Shown: piece by piece, positions 28,649 to 39,778 of the stretch
Layout of the letters: every line of letters starts with the position of its first letter
Position numbering within the stretch: the first letter of the stretch is position 1
Source: Candidatus Eiseniibacteriota bacterium
Lineage (GTDB): Bacteria; Eisenbacteria; RBG-16-71-46; CAVPCR01
DNA: 64,000 bases
Reading direction: 5' to 3'
Assembly: GCA_963823555.1 (NCBI GenBank)
Contig: CAWGMA010000002.1
Location: 448,001-512,000 of the forward strand
The notes under the pieces: generated by a model
Databases searched by the model: none
What the model was told of the DNA's origin: nothing
Seen by the model: only the letters and a program-made list of their open reading frames with translations
Translations under genes and position numbers: made by a program

Positions 28649-31213
28649 TCAGCGGGCGCGGGCGATGATGAGGGTCGTGTCGTCCATGCTCATGTCGCCG
28701 GCGAGGTCGATGAGCCGGGCCAGGGTCAGCTCACGCAGGCGAGTGGCCGACTCGTTGCGATGCGCGATCAGGAAGGAGATCAGATCCTCCTCGCCGAATC
28801 CCGACACGATCTCCGCCGGCTCGACGAGCCCATCGGTGAAGAGGATGAGCGTGTCGCCGGAGGCGAGGGTCACCTTGCCCTGGTCGAAGCTCGCGCCCGG
28901 CACCACGCCGAGCACCGGTCCGCCGCGTGACAGGCGTTCGACCTTGCCCGTGGCGCGGATCAGGATCGGCGGATCGAGCCCGGCGTTGGCATAGGTGATC
29001 TGGTGGCTCGCGAGGTCGAGGAGCCCGTAGAAGAAGCAGACGAAGCGATCGTATTCGCCGAGGGCGTAGATCCGGTGGTTGAGCGCGGCGAGGACGCCGG
29101 CCGGCGAGGCGCCGCGCTCGGCCTCCATGCGGAACGAGGACTGGAGCCCGGCCATGAGCAGGGCCGCCGGGATTCCCTTGCCCGAGACGTCGCCGATGGC
29201 GAGGCCGAGCTGCCGGCCGTCGAGGGGCACGTAATCGTAGAAATCGCCGCCGATCTCGTGGCTGGGAGTCGTCGAGCCGGCAAAGTCGATGGCATCACAC
29301 TCGGGCTCCGCTCTCGGCACCAGGTGGGTCTGGATATCACGAGCGACCGCAAGTTCCTGCGCCATGCGCTCACGTTCGAGGGCGGTGCGATGGAGAAGGG
29401 CGTTCTCGAGGGCGACCGACGCCTGCTCGCCCAGGGTCTCGAGGAGGTCCAGGTCTTCCTGGTTGGACCAGCCGCCGCTCAGCGGGGCGCCGAGGAGCAG
29501 GGCTCCGAGGAGGCGCTCGCGGCCCCAGAGCGGCACGGCAACCGCCGGCCGGTAGGCCTGGAGGGAACGACGATCGTCGTAGAGGAGCAGCTCGAGCGCC
29601 GTCTCGGAGCCGGGCCCGGCCAGGCGGACGGCGAGGCTCCGCGTGCCGTCCTCGCTCCGGGACCACCCGTGGTCATTGCGGTTCTCCCGGTCGCCGTGCG
29701 TTCCGGCAGCGAAGAGGTGGGTGATGTGCGCGGAGAGCGCTGGCATGCCGTCCTCGGCTGGCGGCGCCACGTGCAAGGGTTCGAACGGGGCGCCGGGAGT
29801 GCGGGCCAGGAGGAGGGCCGCCGTCTCGAGCTCGAGCACCTGCATCACGCGCTCGACGAGCAGGGTGGCGATGCCGCCCAGCTCGAGCATGCGTGCCAGG
29901 TCATGGGAGAAGCGGCGGAGAGTGAGCCGCGCATCGTAGCGCTCGCGGAAGAAGACCCGTTCGATGAGCTGCTGCAGCTTCTCCCGTGCCGGCGCTGCCA
30001 CGAAGGCGATGACGACGATCGAGACGATGGCGAGGAAAGGGTTCCGGGTCCCGGTCACACGATGAAGGAGTCCGCCGAGCCCGAGCACGACGCCGAAGTA
30101 GAGCGCGAGCACGAGGCCGGTCAGCCCCGAGTAGAGGACGCTGCGTTTGACCAGCACCTCGAGATCGAAGACCTGGTAGCGGAACGCGGCATAGGCGAAG
30201 GAGAAGGGGATCAAGAGCAGCGCGAAGATCGAGTAGCGGAGCCCCGGAAGATCGGAGGCCGGAAACAGGTTGGCGAGCGTCGTGGCCAGGAGGAGCGGCG
30301 CCATGCCGAGTGCGGTGCCCCACACCGCGACCCGGAGCGGGGCTCGCTGGCGCGGGTCGCGGGTCCGGTGAAACGAACGGACGAAGAGAACGACGGCGAT
30401 CGCCGCGCTGGAGATGAAATAGAGCGTCGTCACCAGGAGCTGGATCGAGGCGCGGCGCACGGAGAGGGTGGCGTCGGTCGTGGGCCAGGAGTTCATGACC
30501 AGGGTGAGGAGCGCGATCGCGATCGGTGGCACATAGATCAGGCGCTCGAGAACGTGTCGTCGGGGCGATGGCGGGCGCGCCGGGAAGAGCAGGAAGAAAT
30601 GGATGAAGAAGGCCGGCAGCAAGAGCTCGAAGAGGATATAGAGCATCTCGTGGGCCCGGTCGAGCGCCGGGGATGCGAAGATGGGCTGCTCGCGCAGGAA
30701 GAAGCCGATGGCGAAGCAGATGCCGAAGAAGACGAGGGTGAGCTTCTCGGGGCGCTGGTAGGCCAGGAAGAAGCCGACGGCGAGCGCGCAGAGCCCGGCG
30801 GCGGCGAAGGTGAAGCGCCAGGCGACCTCGTTCCACGGTGGCGCCGCGCCCTGGATCACGACCAGGCGGGTGCCGGCAGGATCCGGGCCCGGCGTCCGAT
30901 CCCGCTTCGCGGCGATGAGCAAGGTCGCTGATTGACCGACGCGCAGGCCCCGCAGTCGTTGCGCGCATTCGCTCGTCGCCGCGGCCGAGATGCCGTCGAC
31001 AGCCAGGATGCGGTCGCCGGTGACGAGCCCGGCCGAGTCGGCGGGCCCCCCCGGAGTCACCTGGGCCACCGTCAGGTTGCGCTGGCTCATTCCGAGGTAG
31101 GCGCGCGTGAAGATGTGACCCGAGCTCACCAGGCCGGACGCGCCCAGGAGAACGGTGGGGACGAGGACCAGGATACGGGGGAGAAGAGGCGCTCTTTGTG
31201 CGGTGCTCGGCAT
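28649..31213 (-). CDS. Membrane sensor PP2C/SpoIIE (RsbU-like) phosphatase with PDZ and GAF-like domains
   Basis: PDZ 'GGPADSAGLVTGDRILAVDG'; multiple TM helices; 'IGGDFYD', 'GDVSGKGIPAAL', 'FTDGLVE', 'DDTT'. Confidence 0.92.
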   Translation of the reverse strand: MPSTAQRAPLLPRILVLVPTVLLGASGLVSSGHIFTRAYLGMSQRNLTVAQVTPGGPADSAGLVTGDRILAVDGISAAATSECAQRLRGLRVGQSATLLIAAKRDRTPGPDPAGTRLVVIQGAAPPWNEVAWRFTFAAAGLCALAVGFFLAYQRPEKLTLVFFGICFAIGFFLREQPIFASPALDRAHEMLYILFELLLPAFFIHFFLLFPARPPSPRRHVLERLIYVPPIAIALLTLVMNSWPTTDATLSVRRASIQLLVTTLYFISSAAIAVVLFVRSFHRTRDPRQRAPLRVAVWGTALGMAPLLLATTLANLFPASDLPGLRYSIFALLLIPFSFAYAAFRYQVFDLEVLVKRSVLYSGLTGLVLALYFGVVLGLGGLLHRVTGTRNPFLAIVSIVVIAFVAAPAREKLQQLIERVFFRERYDARLTLRRFSHDLARMLELGGIATLLVERVMQVLELETAALLLARTPGAPFEPLHVAPPAEDGMPALSAHITHLFAAGTHGDRENRNDHGWSRSEDGTRSLAVRLAGPGSETALELLLYDDRRSLQAYRPAVAVPLWGRERLLGALLLGAPLSGGWSNQEDLDLLETLGEQASVALENALLHRTALERERMAQELAVARDIQTHLVPRAEPECDAIDFAGSTTPSHEIGGDFYDYVPLDGRQLGLAIGDVSGKGIPAALLMAGLQSSFRMEAERGASPAGVLAALNHRIYALGEYDRFVCFFYGLLDLASHQITYANAGLDPPILIRATGKVERLSRGGPVLGVVPGASFDQGKVTLASGDTLILFTDGLVEPAEIVSGFGEEDLISFLIAHRNESATRLRELTLARLIDLAGDMSMDDTTLIIARAR

Positions 31214-31331
31214 CCATGCCTCCGCTCCCTTTATAGTCTATGATCCACCGAGATAGCAACCCAGGGCAGCCGGTGGAGCCAGGTCGAGAGGGTCCGTCGA
31301 CTCCGGGAACAAGCAACAGAAGGGAGGTCAC

Positions 31332-33908
31332 GTGGCCCATCACTCCGGTTCCGAGACGGTGCCCCTCCAGGGTGCGGATGTCCTGAGGCGCGACGAGGCG
31401 CGCGAGCGGGCCGCAACCGTGGCCGACCCGGCCTACGCGATCGCGCTTGATCTCGATTCCGGTGATGAGACCTTCGGCTGCGAGGCCACGGTCCGCTTTC
31501 GCGGTCTCAAGCCCGGCGCGGCGACCTTCATCGACTTCAGGGCGGCCGAGATCCTGGCGATCGAGCTCAACGGGCGGCCTCTTGGGCTCGAGGCGGCAGC
31601 CGGCGGGCGCATCGCCCTCGCCCCGCTCGCTCTGGAGAACACGCTCCGCATCTCGGCCCGCTGCGCCTACTCGCGGAGCGGCAGTGGAATGTACTGGTTC
31701 CGGGATCCCGCTGACGGCCATGTCTACCTCTATACCGACTTCGAACCGCGGGAGGCCCATCGGGTCTACCCTTGCTTCGATCAGCCCGACTTGAAGGGCA
31801 CCTTCGAGTTCACGGTCAACGCGCGGCCAGGGTGGCAGGTCATCGCCAACACCGCGGCGGTCGAATCGCCGCCCGCGGGCCAGGGCGGGCGCTTCCGCTT
31901 CGCGCGGACGCGCATCCTCCCCACGTACGTCACGGCCGTCTGCGCTGGTCCCTATCATGGCGTCCACGCGCGCCATCGCGAGCTTGATCTCGGCGTCTAT
32001 TGCCGGCAGTCGCTCGCACCGTACCTCGACGCCGAGGAGATCATCGATGTCACGCGGCGCGGCTTCGACTTCTTCGAGGAGCTGTTCGCCTACCCTTACG
32101 CCTTCGGCAAGTACGACCAGATATTCGTCCCCGAGTACAACTCCGGGGCCATGGAGAATGCCGGCTGCATCACCCACAACGAATACATGATCTTCCGTTC
32201 CAAGGTGACCGACGCGGCGCGCGAGGATCGCGCGTTGACCATCTTGCACGAGCTCGCGCACATGTGGTTCGGGGATCTGGTCACGATGCGCTGGTGGGAC
32301 GATCTCTGGCTCAATGAGAGCTTCGCCACCTACATGGGCCAGCTCGCGCTCGTCCGGGCGACGCGCTTCCAGCAAGCATGGAGCACCTTCGCCCGGATGA
32401 TGAAGCCCTGGGCCTATCGTCAGGACCAGCTGCCGACGACGCACCCCATCGTTGCCGACGCTCCGGACACCGAGGCCGCGCGCACCAACTTCGATGGCAT
32501 CTCGTATGCCAAGGGGGCCTCGGTCCTGAAGCAGCTCGTGGCGTGGGTCGGGGAGGAGGCGTTCATCGCCGGCGTACGCCAGTACTTCCGGCGCCACGAG
32601 TTCAAGAACGCCGACCTCACGGCCTTCCTCGGCGCCGTGGCCGAGGCCTCGGGGCGTGAACTCGAGCTCTGGGCGAAGGACTGGCTCGAGAAGCCCGGGG
32701 TGAACACCCTGGCCGCCGAGATCGATGCGGGAGGCGACGGCTCGACCGTGGCCGCCTTCTCGGTCACCCAGACCGCGCCTCAGGAGTGGCCGACCCTGCG
32801 CTCGCACCGGGTGGCGATCGGTCTCTACGACCGTGACGGCGAGACACTCGTGCGCCGCCGGCAGATCGAGGTCGATGTCGCCGGAGCGCGGACGCCGGTG
32901 CCTGCCCTCCGGGGCGAGCGTTTGCCGGCCCTCGTGATCGTCAACGACGAGGACCTGACTTTCGCCAAGATGCGCCTCGACCCTCATTCGCGGCGCACCC
33001 TGCGGGAGGGTCTCAAGCGGCTCGCAGATCCCCTGGCCCGGGCCCTGTGCTGGAGCGCGGCCTACGAGGAAGTGCGCGATGCCGTGATGCCGGCCCGCGA
33101 CTACCTGCGCCTCGTCCTCGACCATATCGCGGGCGAGGAGGAGATCGGTCTCGTGCAGTCGCTGATCGCCAACTGCTCCGCGGCCTTCAGCGTCTATGGC
33201 GATCCTACCCGGGCCGAGCGGGCCCGGCTCGACTTCGCCACGGCGGCGCGCCGGGCCCTGGAGCGCGCCGCGCCGGGGAGCGACTTCCAGCTCGCCTGGG
33301 CTCAGGCGTTCATCGCGACGGCGCGGAGCCCGGAGCACGTGGCGGCGCTGGAAGCTCTCCTCGATGGGGGGACGCCGGTACCGGGGCTCGCTATCGACAC
33401 CGATCTCCGGTGGCAGATCGTTCACTCCCTCGCGGCCGGCGGCTCGCTCGGGGATGAGCGGATCGCCGCCGAGCTCGAGCGCGACTCGACCGACTCCGGC
33501 CAGCGTCGCGCCGCTGCGGCGCGAGCGGCCATTCCCACGGCAGAGGCCAAGGCGGCGGCATGGCAGGTCATCATGAGCGACGGCGATCTCCCGCTCGCCA
33601 TGCGCAAGGCCTGGATGGGCGGGTTCATGCGCCACGACCAGGCGGTGCTCCTCGCCCCGTACGGAGGCAAGTACTTCGCCGCGCTCCCCGCGGTATGGAC
33701 CGAGCATGACGTCGAGGTGGCGATGAGCTTTGCCCGCGCCATGTATCCCACGCCCTGGATGGGCCAGGAGCTCTTGAAGATGACCGACCAGTTCCTGGTT
33801 GCTGCGCAGCCGCCGCCTGCGGTGCGGCGGTACCTTCTCGAAGGGGCCGACGATGTGCGCCGGGCCCTCCGGGCGCGGGCGCTGGACGCCGGGGCGGGGA
33901 GCGCTTAG
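31332..33908 (+). CDS. pepN: Aminopeptidase N (M1)
   Basis: GAMEN, HELAHMWFG, WLNESFA, ISYAKGAS. Confidence 0.95.
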   Translation: MAHHSGSETVPLQGADVLRRDEARERAATVADPAYAIALDLDSGDETFGCEATVRFRGLKPGAATFIDFRAAEILAIELNGRPLGLEAAAGGRIALAPLALENTLRISARCAYSRSGSGMYWFRDPADGHVYLYTDFEPREAHRVYPCFDQPDLKGTFEFTVNARPGWQVIANTAAVESPPAGQGGRFRFARTRILPTYVTAVCAGPYHGVHARHRELDLGVYCRQSLAPYLDAEEIIDVTRRGFDFFEELFAYPYAFGKYDQIFVPEYNSGAMENAGCITHNEYMIFRSKVTDAAREDRALTILHELAHMWFGDLVTMRWWDDLWLNESFATYMGQLALVRATRFQQAWSTFARMMKPWAYRQDQLPTTHPIVADAPDTEAARTNFDGISYAKGASVLKQLVAWVGEEAFIAGVRQYFRRHEFKNADLTAFLGAVAEASGRELELWAKDWLEKPGVNTLAAEIDAGGDGSTVAAFSVTQTAPQEWPTLRSHRVAIGLYDRDGETLVRRRQIEVDVAGARTPVPALRGERLPALVIVNDEDLTFAKMRLDPHSRRTLREGLKRLADPLARALCWSAAYEEVRDAVMPARDYLRLVLDHIAGEEEIGLVQSLIANCSAAFSVYGDPTRAERARLDFATAARRALERAAPGSDFQLAWAQAFIATARSPEHVAALEALLDGGTPVPGLAIDTDLRWQIVHSLAAGGSLGDERIAAELERDSTDSGQRRAAAARAAIPTAEAKAAAWQVIMSDGDLPLAMRKAWMGGFMRHDQAVLLAPYGGKYFAALPAVWTEHDVEVAMSFARAMYPTPWMGQELLKMTDQFLVAAQPPPAVRRYLLEGADDVRRALRARALDAGAGSA

Positions 33909-35522
33909 GTGCGGTCATCGCGGGCATGGCTGGTCGCGATGGCGGCGCTGACGATCACGACAACGCCTCCGGCATCGGCGGCGGCATCCGGTCCCCGGGT
34001 CGTCGAGGCGCCCGACCTCGAGGTCGTCCGCCATGAGCTCACCAACGGGCTCACGCTTCTCGTCCACGAACGCTCGACCGCGCCCATCGTCTCGGCCTAC
34101 GTGCGGTTCCGGGTCGGCTCGGCCGACGAACGCCAGGGCGTGATCGGCGCGGCCCACTTCGTCGAGCACATGCTCTTCAAGGGCACGACCACGATCGGAA
34201 CCCGCGATGCTGGAGCGGAGGCGGAGCTCATCGCGGCCGAGGATCGCGTCTTCGAGGATCTTCGCCGGCAGCGCTTCGCCGCCGCCCGCGAGGAGAGGCG
34301 GGGGCGGGTGGTGCCGGACTCGCTCCGCGCCCGCATCGCCGCTCTGGAGGGTGAGTTCGCGACTCTCGAGAAGCAGCTCTCGGCCCTCGCCGAGGGCGAG
34401 CCCATCGAACGCCTCTATCAGCTCAACGGTGGGGTCCAGCTCAACGCATCGACCGGCTATGACGGCACGCAGTACTTCGTGAGCCTGCCCGCCAATCGTC
34501 TCGAGCTGTGGGCGCGCATCACCGCCGACCAGATGCAGAACCCGGTCTTTCGCGAGTTCTTCGCCGAGCGCGACGTGGTCCTGGAGGAGCGCCGGCTCAA
34601 GGTCGACAATCAGCCGGAGCTCAAGCTCTACGAGCAGGTGATCGGCACCGCTTACCTGGCTCACCCTTATCAGATCTTCTGGGAGTGGGCGTCCGAGGTC
34701 GAGAACCTGACCCGACCCGAGCTCCGCGAGTTCTACCAGCGATATTACGCGCCCAACCAGGCCGTGATCGCCATCGTCGGCGATGTGCGGGCCCAGGAGG
34801 TCATCGCTCTCATCGAGCGCTATTTCGGCTCCATCCCCCGGCAACCCGAGCCCGAGCCCGTCGTCGTGGTCGAGCCCGAGCAGCGCGGCGAGCGCCGCCT
34901 CGCCGTGGATTTCGACGCCGAACCGCAGATCATGATGGCATGGCACAAACCGGCCTCGGGCCATCCCGACGATGTCGTCTTCACGGTCATCGATCAGGTT
35001 CTCTCCCGCGGGCGCACCTCCCGCTTCTACTTGAACCTGGTCGAGGGTCAGCAGGTGGCGCTGGGAGTCGGCGTCGATCAGTATCCGGGCTCGGGGCTCC
35101 TCGGCTCGGTCGATCCTGGTCTGTTCCTCGTCAGCGCCACGCCACGGGATCCGCATTCCCCGGCGGATGTCGAGGCGGCGATCCTGGCCGAGATCGAGCG
35201 CTTGAAGACCGCGCCGGTGGATGAGCGGGATCTCGAGCGGGTCAAGACCAACATCGAGGCCGACCTGATCCGCGGGCTGCGCTCGAATCTCGGGCTCGCC
35301 TCGAGCCTCGCCTCCTGGGAGGCGGTGGCCGGCGACTGGCACGGCCTGATCGAGGCCCCGGCGCGGGTGCGCGCCGTGACCCCGGACGACATCCAGCGCG
35401 TGGCGCGCCAGTACCTCGGGGCCGAGAATCGCACCGTGGCCTGGCTCATGCGTGGCGCGGAGAGCGTCGGAGAGCGGGCGGAACCCGACCGGGGCGCGCC
35501 CGGCGAGGAGGCCGGCAAATGA
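33909..35522 (+). CDS. M16 (pitrilysin) zinc peptidase, catalytic subunit
   Basis: Signal peptide; 'LTNGL', HFVEH (HxxEH), 'NAST', 'VLEERR'. Confidence 0.92.
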   Translation: MRSSRAWLVAMAALTITTTPPASAAASGPRVVEAPDLEVVRHELTNGLTLLVHERSTAPIVSAYVRFRVGSADERQGVIGAAHFVEHMLFKGTTTIGTRDAGAEAELIAAEDRVFEDLRRQRFAAAREERRGRVVPDSLRARIAALEGEFATLEKQLSALAEGEPIERLYQLNGGVQLNASTGYDGTQYFVSLPANRLELWARITADQMQNPVFREFFAERDVVLEERRLKVDNQPELKLYEQVIGTAYLAHPYQIFWEWASEVENLTRPELREFYQRYYAPNQAVIAIVGDVRAQEVIALIERYFGSIPRQPEPEPVVVVEPEQRGERRLAVDFDAEPQIMMAWHKPASGHPDDVVFTVIDQVLSRGRTSRFYLNLVEGQQVALGVGVDQYPGSGLLGSVDPGLFLVSATPRDPHSPADVEAAILAEIERLKTAPVDERDLERVKTNIEADLIRGLRSNLGLASSLASWEAVAGDWHGLIEAPARVRAVTPDDIQRVARQYLGAENRTVAWLMRGAESVGERAEPDRGAPGEEAGK

Positions 35523-36963
35523 CCCGCGCCGCGCTTCTCCGCAGTGGGACGCTCGCCGCGGCGCTCGCCATCGGGCTCATGGCGGCCCGGCCGGCGCCCG
35601 CCTTGCCCCCGGACGCCCCGCTCCCGGGCGAGATGACGTTTCCCGATCTCGAGTTCACGCCGCCCCGGCCCGTGCGCTTCGAGCTGGACAACGGACTCGT
35701 GGTCCACTTCCTCGAGGACCAGAGCCTGCCCCTGGTCGAGGTGACCGCGCTCATCCAGGGCGGAGCGGTCCACGAGTCGGCCACGAAGACCGGGCTCGCC
35801 GGGCTCACGGCGACCGTCATGCGCACCGGAGGCACCGCGACCCGCAACCCCGTCGAGCTCAACGTCGAGCTCGAGGACATGGCCTCGTTCGTCGAGATCG
35901 GAATCGGCGAGGAAGGGGCCAATGCCTCGGCGTGGAGCCTCGCCCGCCATTTCCCTCAAACCGCGGCCATCCTTGCCGACGTGCTCCGGAACCCCGCGCT
36001 GGCGCCCGAGAAGCTCGAGATCGCGCGCGCCCGGGCGATCGAAGGCGTGAGGCGACAGAACGACGATCCCCTCGGGATCGCCGATCGCGAGATCACGAAG
36101 CTCTGCTATCCCGAGCATCCCTATGGTCGGTTCTCCACCGTGGCCTCCCTCGAGGCCATCACGCGCGACGATCTGCGCGCCTTTCATGCCCTCCTCTTCC
36201 ATCCCGATCGCACGCTGCTCGCCGTCTCGGGCGCGATCACCGAGGCCGAGCTGCGCTCGATCCTCGCCGGCGCCTTCGCCGACTGGCCCCGTTCTTCCGA
36301 GGTGCTGCCGCCGACCCCCGCGGTCACGCCGCCCCGGGCCGCGCGCGTGACGTTCATCCCCAAGGACGTGAACCAGTCGGTGATCCGGATGGGGCATCTC
36401 GGCATCGATGTCAACAACCCCGACCGGACCGCCATCTCCGTCATGAACTACATCCTCGGGCGCAGCGGTTCGACATCGCGGCTCGCGAAGAAGGTGCGGG
36501 TGGAGGCGGGCATCGCCTACTCGGTGGGCTCGACCTTCACCATGCCGCGTTCGACCGGTCTCTTCCTCGCCGATACGGAGACCGCTCCGGAGACCACCGC
36601 CCAGGCGATCGAGCTCATGCTCGCGGAGATCGAACGCATGCGTGCCGATGGGATCACTCCGGTCGAGCTCGAGGCGGCGCGCAGCGCCATCCTCAATCGC
36701 GACATCTTCCAGTACGCGACGGCGCATCGCATTGCGGTGCGAGCCGCCGAGCTCGAGTTCGATGGCTTTCCTCCCGATCAGCACGAGCGGGACTGGAGGA
36801 CTATCGCCGGATGACCGTCGAGCAGGTGAATGCGGCGGCGCGTGATTATCTGCACCCGGAGAAGCTCCGCATCCTCGTCGTCGGCAACGGGGCCGCCTTC
36901 GATCGGCCGCTTTCCACCTTCGGCGAGGTCGAGGAGATCCAGCTGCCGGCGGCGCCGGAGTGA
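35519..36963 (+). CDS. M16 peptidase non-catalytic subunit (frameshift at ~36790)
   Basis: 'LDNGL..EDQSLPLV'; lacks HxxEH. The C-terminus 'LEDYRRMTVEQVNAAARDYL' is in another frame ending at 36963. Confidence 0.85.
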
Positions 36964-36973
36964 GGGAGGGGCG

Positions 36974-37921
36974 ATGAAACGGCACATGGGCGCACAGCTC
37001 GCCCTGGCGTTGCTGGTGGCGATCTCGCTCCCGGAGGCCACGATGAGCCAGCAGGATGTTCGAGGCGGCGAAGCGGGGTCCGGGATGTCGGGCGATCTTC
37101 GTGATCTGATCGCCGCCGAGCGCGCGTTCGCCCGTCTGTCGGTCGAGCGCGGGACGCGGGCGGCGTTTCTCGAGTACCTGGCGGCGGATGCTCTCATCTT
37201 CCGGCCGCGACCCGAGCCGGGGCGCGCGCACTGGGAAGGGCGCCCCGAGCCCACGACCGTTCTCTCCTGGGAGCCGGCGTTCGCGTGCGTTGCGGCGAGC
37301 GGGGATCTCGGCTACTCGACCGGTCCCTGGGCGCTCCACGACCGCGCCGAGGGCAAGAGACCGCCGTCCCATGGCCAGTTCGTCTCGATCTGGAGGCGGG
37401 AGCCGGCGGGCTGGCGTGTCGTCGTCGACCTCGGCATCGTGCACACCAAGCCCGACTCGGGTGCGGTGACCCTCTCCCATCCCGCGCCGAAGCCGTCACC
37501 GGGCGAGCCCGATACGCTGGTCGCGGGAAAGGACCTCGCGGCTCTGGCCCACGACATCCAGGCCGCCGACGAGGCCCTGGCCACGGCCATCACGCGGTCG
37601 GGGCTCGCCGCCCTCGACACGCTGGCCACCGCCGACATCCGCGTGCTCCGCATGGGTCGGCTCCCCGGTGTGGGGCGGAAGGATGCCTCGAGACTCCTGG
37701 CCGGGAAGCCGGGGGAGGTCCGCTTCACACCCGCGGCAGCGGCCGCCGCCCGCTCCGCGGACCTCGGATATTCATATGGAACCGCAGAATATCGCGGCAG
37801 CGACGGCCTCCTGCGCGAGGTCATGAGCTACGTGCACGTCTGGCGGCGAGATCCCGGTGAGTCATGGCGCCTGGCCCTCGATATCGCGCTCACGCTGCCC
37901 AGAGACAGCTCGAGTCAGTGA
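36974..37921 (+). CDS. Tandem NTF2/DUF4440 (SnoaL-like) domain protein
   Basis: Two repeats: 'SGDLGYSTG..W' and 'SADLGYSYG..Y.HVWRR..W'. Confidence 0.8.
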   Translation: MKRHMGAQLALALLVAISLPEATMSQQDVRGGEAGSGMSGDLRDLIAAERAFARLSVERGTRAAFLEYLAADALIFRPRPEPGRAHWEGRPEPTTVLSWEPAFACVAASGDLGYSTGPWALHDRAEGKRPPSHGQFVSIWRREPAGWRVVVDLGIVHTKPDSGAVTLSHPAPKPSPGEPDTLVAGKDLAALAHDIQAADEALATAITRSGLAALDTLATADIRVLRMGRLPGVGRKDASRLLAGKPGEVRFTPAAAAAARSADLGYSYGTAEYRGSDGLLREVMSYVHVWRRDPGESWRLALDIALTLPRDSSSQ

Positions 37922-38005
37922 TTCAGGGCCCCGCTCGCCGCGCCCTTGGCCTGAACGCGATTCTGTGCGATCATTGCATCACGATCTGCTGATCGAATAC
38001 CAACC

Positions 38006-38485
38006 ATGCGCAACCACAAGAAAGAAAGCGCTGGCCTCCTGATGTACCGTCTCCGGGACGGACAGGTCGAGGTCTTCATCGTGCATCCTGGGGGCCCGTA
38101 TTTCTCCCGCAAGGATGCCGGGGTCTGGGGCATTCCCAAGGGGGTGGTGGGGGAGAGCGAGGACAAGCTCGCGGCCGCCATCCGCGAGTTCGCCGAGGAG
38201 ACCGGGATCCAGGCCGACGCCGAGTTCGTCCCTCTCGGCAGCATCGTGCAGAGAAGCGGCAAGATCGTGCATGCCTGGGCCTTTGCCGGCGACTGGGACG
38301 ACACCCAGCCGATCCGGAGCAACCGCTTCCCGCTCGAATGGCCGCCCGGGTCGGGCAAGACCCGGGAGTTTCCCGAGGTCGATCGCGCCGTCTTCCTGGC
38401 CGTGGATGCGGCTCGCAAGAAGATGATCCCCGCCCAGGCCGCTCTTCTCGATCGCCTCCTCGAGCACCTCGCCGCCGCGGACTAG
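38006..38485 (+). CDS. NUDIX hydrolase
   Basis: 'WGIPKG...AAIREFAEETG' Nudix box; 'HPGGP', 'EWPPGSG', 'FPEVDR'. Confidence 0.92.
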   Translation: MRNHKKESAGLLMYRLRDGQVEVFIVHPGGPYFSRKDAGVWGIPKGVVGESEDKLAAAIREFAEETGIQADAEFVPLGSIVQRSGKIVHAWAFAGDWDDTQPIRSNRFPLEWPPGSGKTREFPEVDRAVFLAVDAARKKMIPAQAALLDRLLEHLAAAD

Positions 38486-38502
38486 GCGCCGGCTCTCTCC
38501 TC

Positions 38503-39747
38503 TCAGCGCCGGCGCCGGCGCCGCCCCACTCGGTTCTCGCGCCGGCGGAGCTCGGAAGTGCTGCGGTAGGCCTCGGCCGTGACGTAGGCCACGACCAGAC
38601 GGCGGAACGTTCCGGGAACGAAGGCGATCGGCCCGCGTGGATCCTCGTCGGCCCGATCCATCGCCTTCCTGAAGATACGCTTGATGCCTGCGGCCATCTC
38701 CTCGACGGTCATCGGCGGCCGCTGAAAGCTCGACCAGAACTCGTCGAGGTCGGAGGGCGTGAGGAGCTCCATTCCCTCTTCGTGGTCGAGGGCGTCGGCC
38801 AGCGAGCGCGGGGAGAGAATGATGAACTCGTTCACGTTGCGGATGCGCGCCAGCTTCTGCTCGAGGCGCTCGGGATACGTGGTCTGCGTCACCTGGATGC
38901 GCGCTCCACGGCGGCGGTTCAGATCGGGAACGTGCACGCGGAGGTCCGTCTTCTCGACGAAGTCCTCGACCAGCGGCGCGCGGCGCGCGATCGCCTCGTG
39001 CTCGTTCAGGATGTCGAGCATCAGCTGCTCGAAGCGGCGACCCAGGATATCGGGGACGATGTGGATGCTGTCGCCCGCGGCCTCCGCCGCGGGCCGGCGC
39101 TCGAGCCAGCGTTCGATGTCCTCGAGCCCGCGCAGGTCCATGGCCACGCGGTGAATGGCCAGGTGGACGAGGAGGGTCGCGACCGCATCGGCGACCAGAG
39201 GGTCCTCGAACTCGAGACCGATCCCCCAGGCGCGGGCGGCGATGGCCTGGTCGATACGGAGCAGGGTCTCGCCCTCCGGCCCCTCGGCCCTGATGAGCTT
39301 GACCCGGCCGGGTGCCAGGGAAGGGAGCTCCCACCACTCCACATCGGGATCGATCTCCGGATCGGCGGCGCCAGGCGGTGCGCTGGACTCGGGCTCTCCG
39401 GTGTCGATATCGATGGCCGCCGCCGCGGCGGGCGGCGTGGCGTCGCTCGCCGGAAAGTCCCGCCGCGGTTCGAGAAGGAGCTCCTTCACGGGCTCGAGGA
39501 GCGCGTGAATGGAGTTGCGACGAAAAGCCGTGGCGCGCGGATCGCGGCGCTTCAGGAGCCGGCGATAGCTGGCCAGGATCTCGCCCCCGAGCACTGCTCC
39601 GTGTTCCGGATCGTCGAGCGCGCTGACCAGATCGCCCTCTTCCCACGCCGCCTCGAGCGCGATGATGGCCGCCTTCAGGCGCCGGTAGTACTCCGGCAGC
39701 TCCCACGCGCTCACCGCCGGTAGCCTGATCGGTGCGGGCTCGGTCAT
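38503..39747 (-). CDS. Hypothetical protein, possible PD-(D/E)xK-like C-terminal domain
   Basis: 414-aa ORF with coding-like bias; 'GRRFEQ...ED..EKTDL...IQVT'. Confidence 0.6.
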   Translation of the reverse strand: MTEPAPIRLPAVSAWELPEYYRRLKAAIIALEAAWEEGDLVSALDDPEHGAVLGGEILASYRRLLKRRDPRATAFRRNSIHALLEPVKELLLEPRRDFPASDATPPAAAAAIDIDTGEPESSAPPGAADPEIDPDVEWWELPSLAPGRVKLIRAEGPEGETLLRIDQAIAARAWGIGLEFEDPLVADAVATLLVHLAIHRVAMDLRGLEDIERWLERRPAAEAAGDSIHIVPDILGRRFEQLMLDILNEHEAIARRAPLVEDFVEKTDLRVHVPDLNRRRGARIQVTQTTYPERLEQKLARIRNVNEFIILSPRSLADALDHEEGMELLTPSDLDEFWSSFQRPPMTVEEMAAGIKRIFRKAMDRADEDPRGPIAFVPGTFRRLVVAYVTAEAYRSTSELRRRENRVGRRRRRR

Positions 39748-39778
39748 GGCTGCCGCTTCCTGGGTGCGGCCCGCGAAC

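Noticed and set aside
29901..33707. 1268-aa minus-strand ORF and similar long ORFs (18433-21549, 11840-14140, 35078-37480)
   Set aside because: Antisense or off-frame shadows of well-supported genes, as expected in high-GC DNA.
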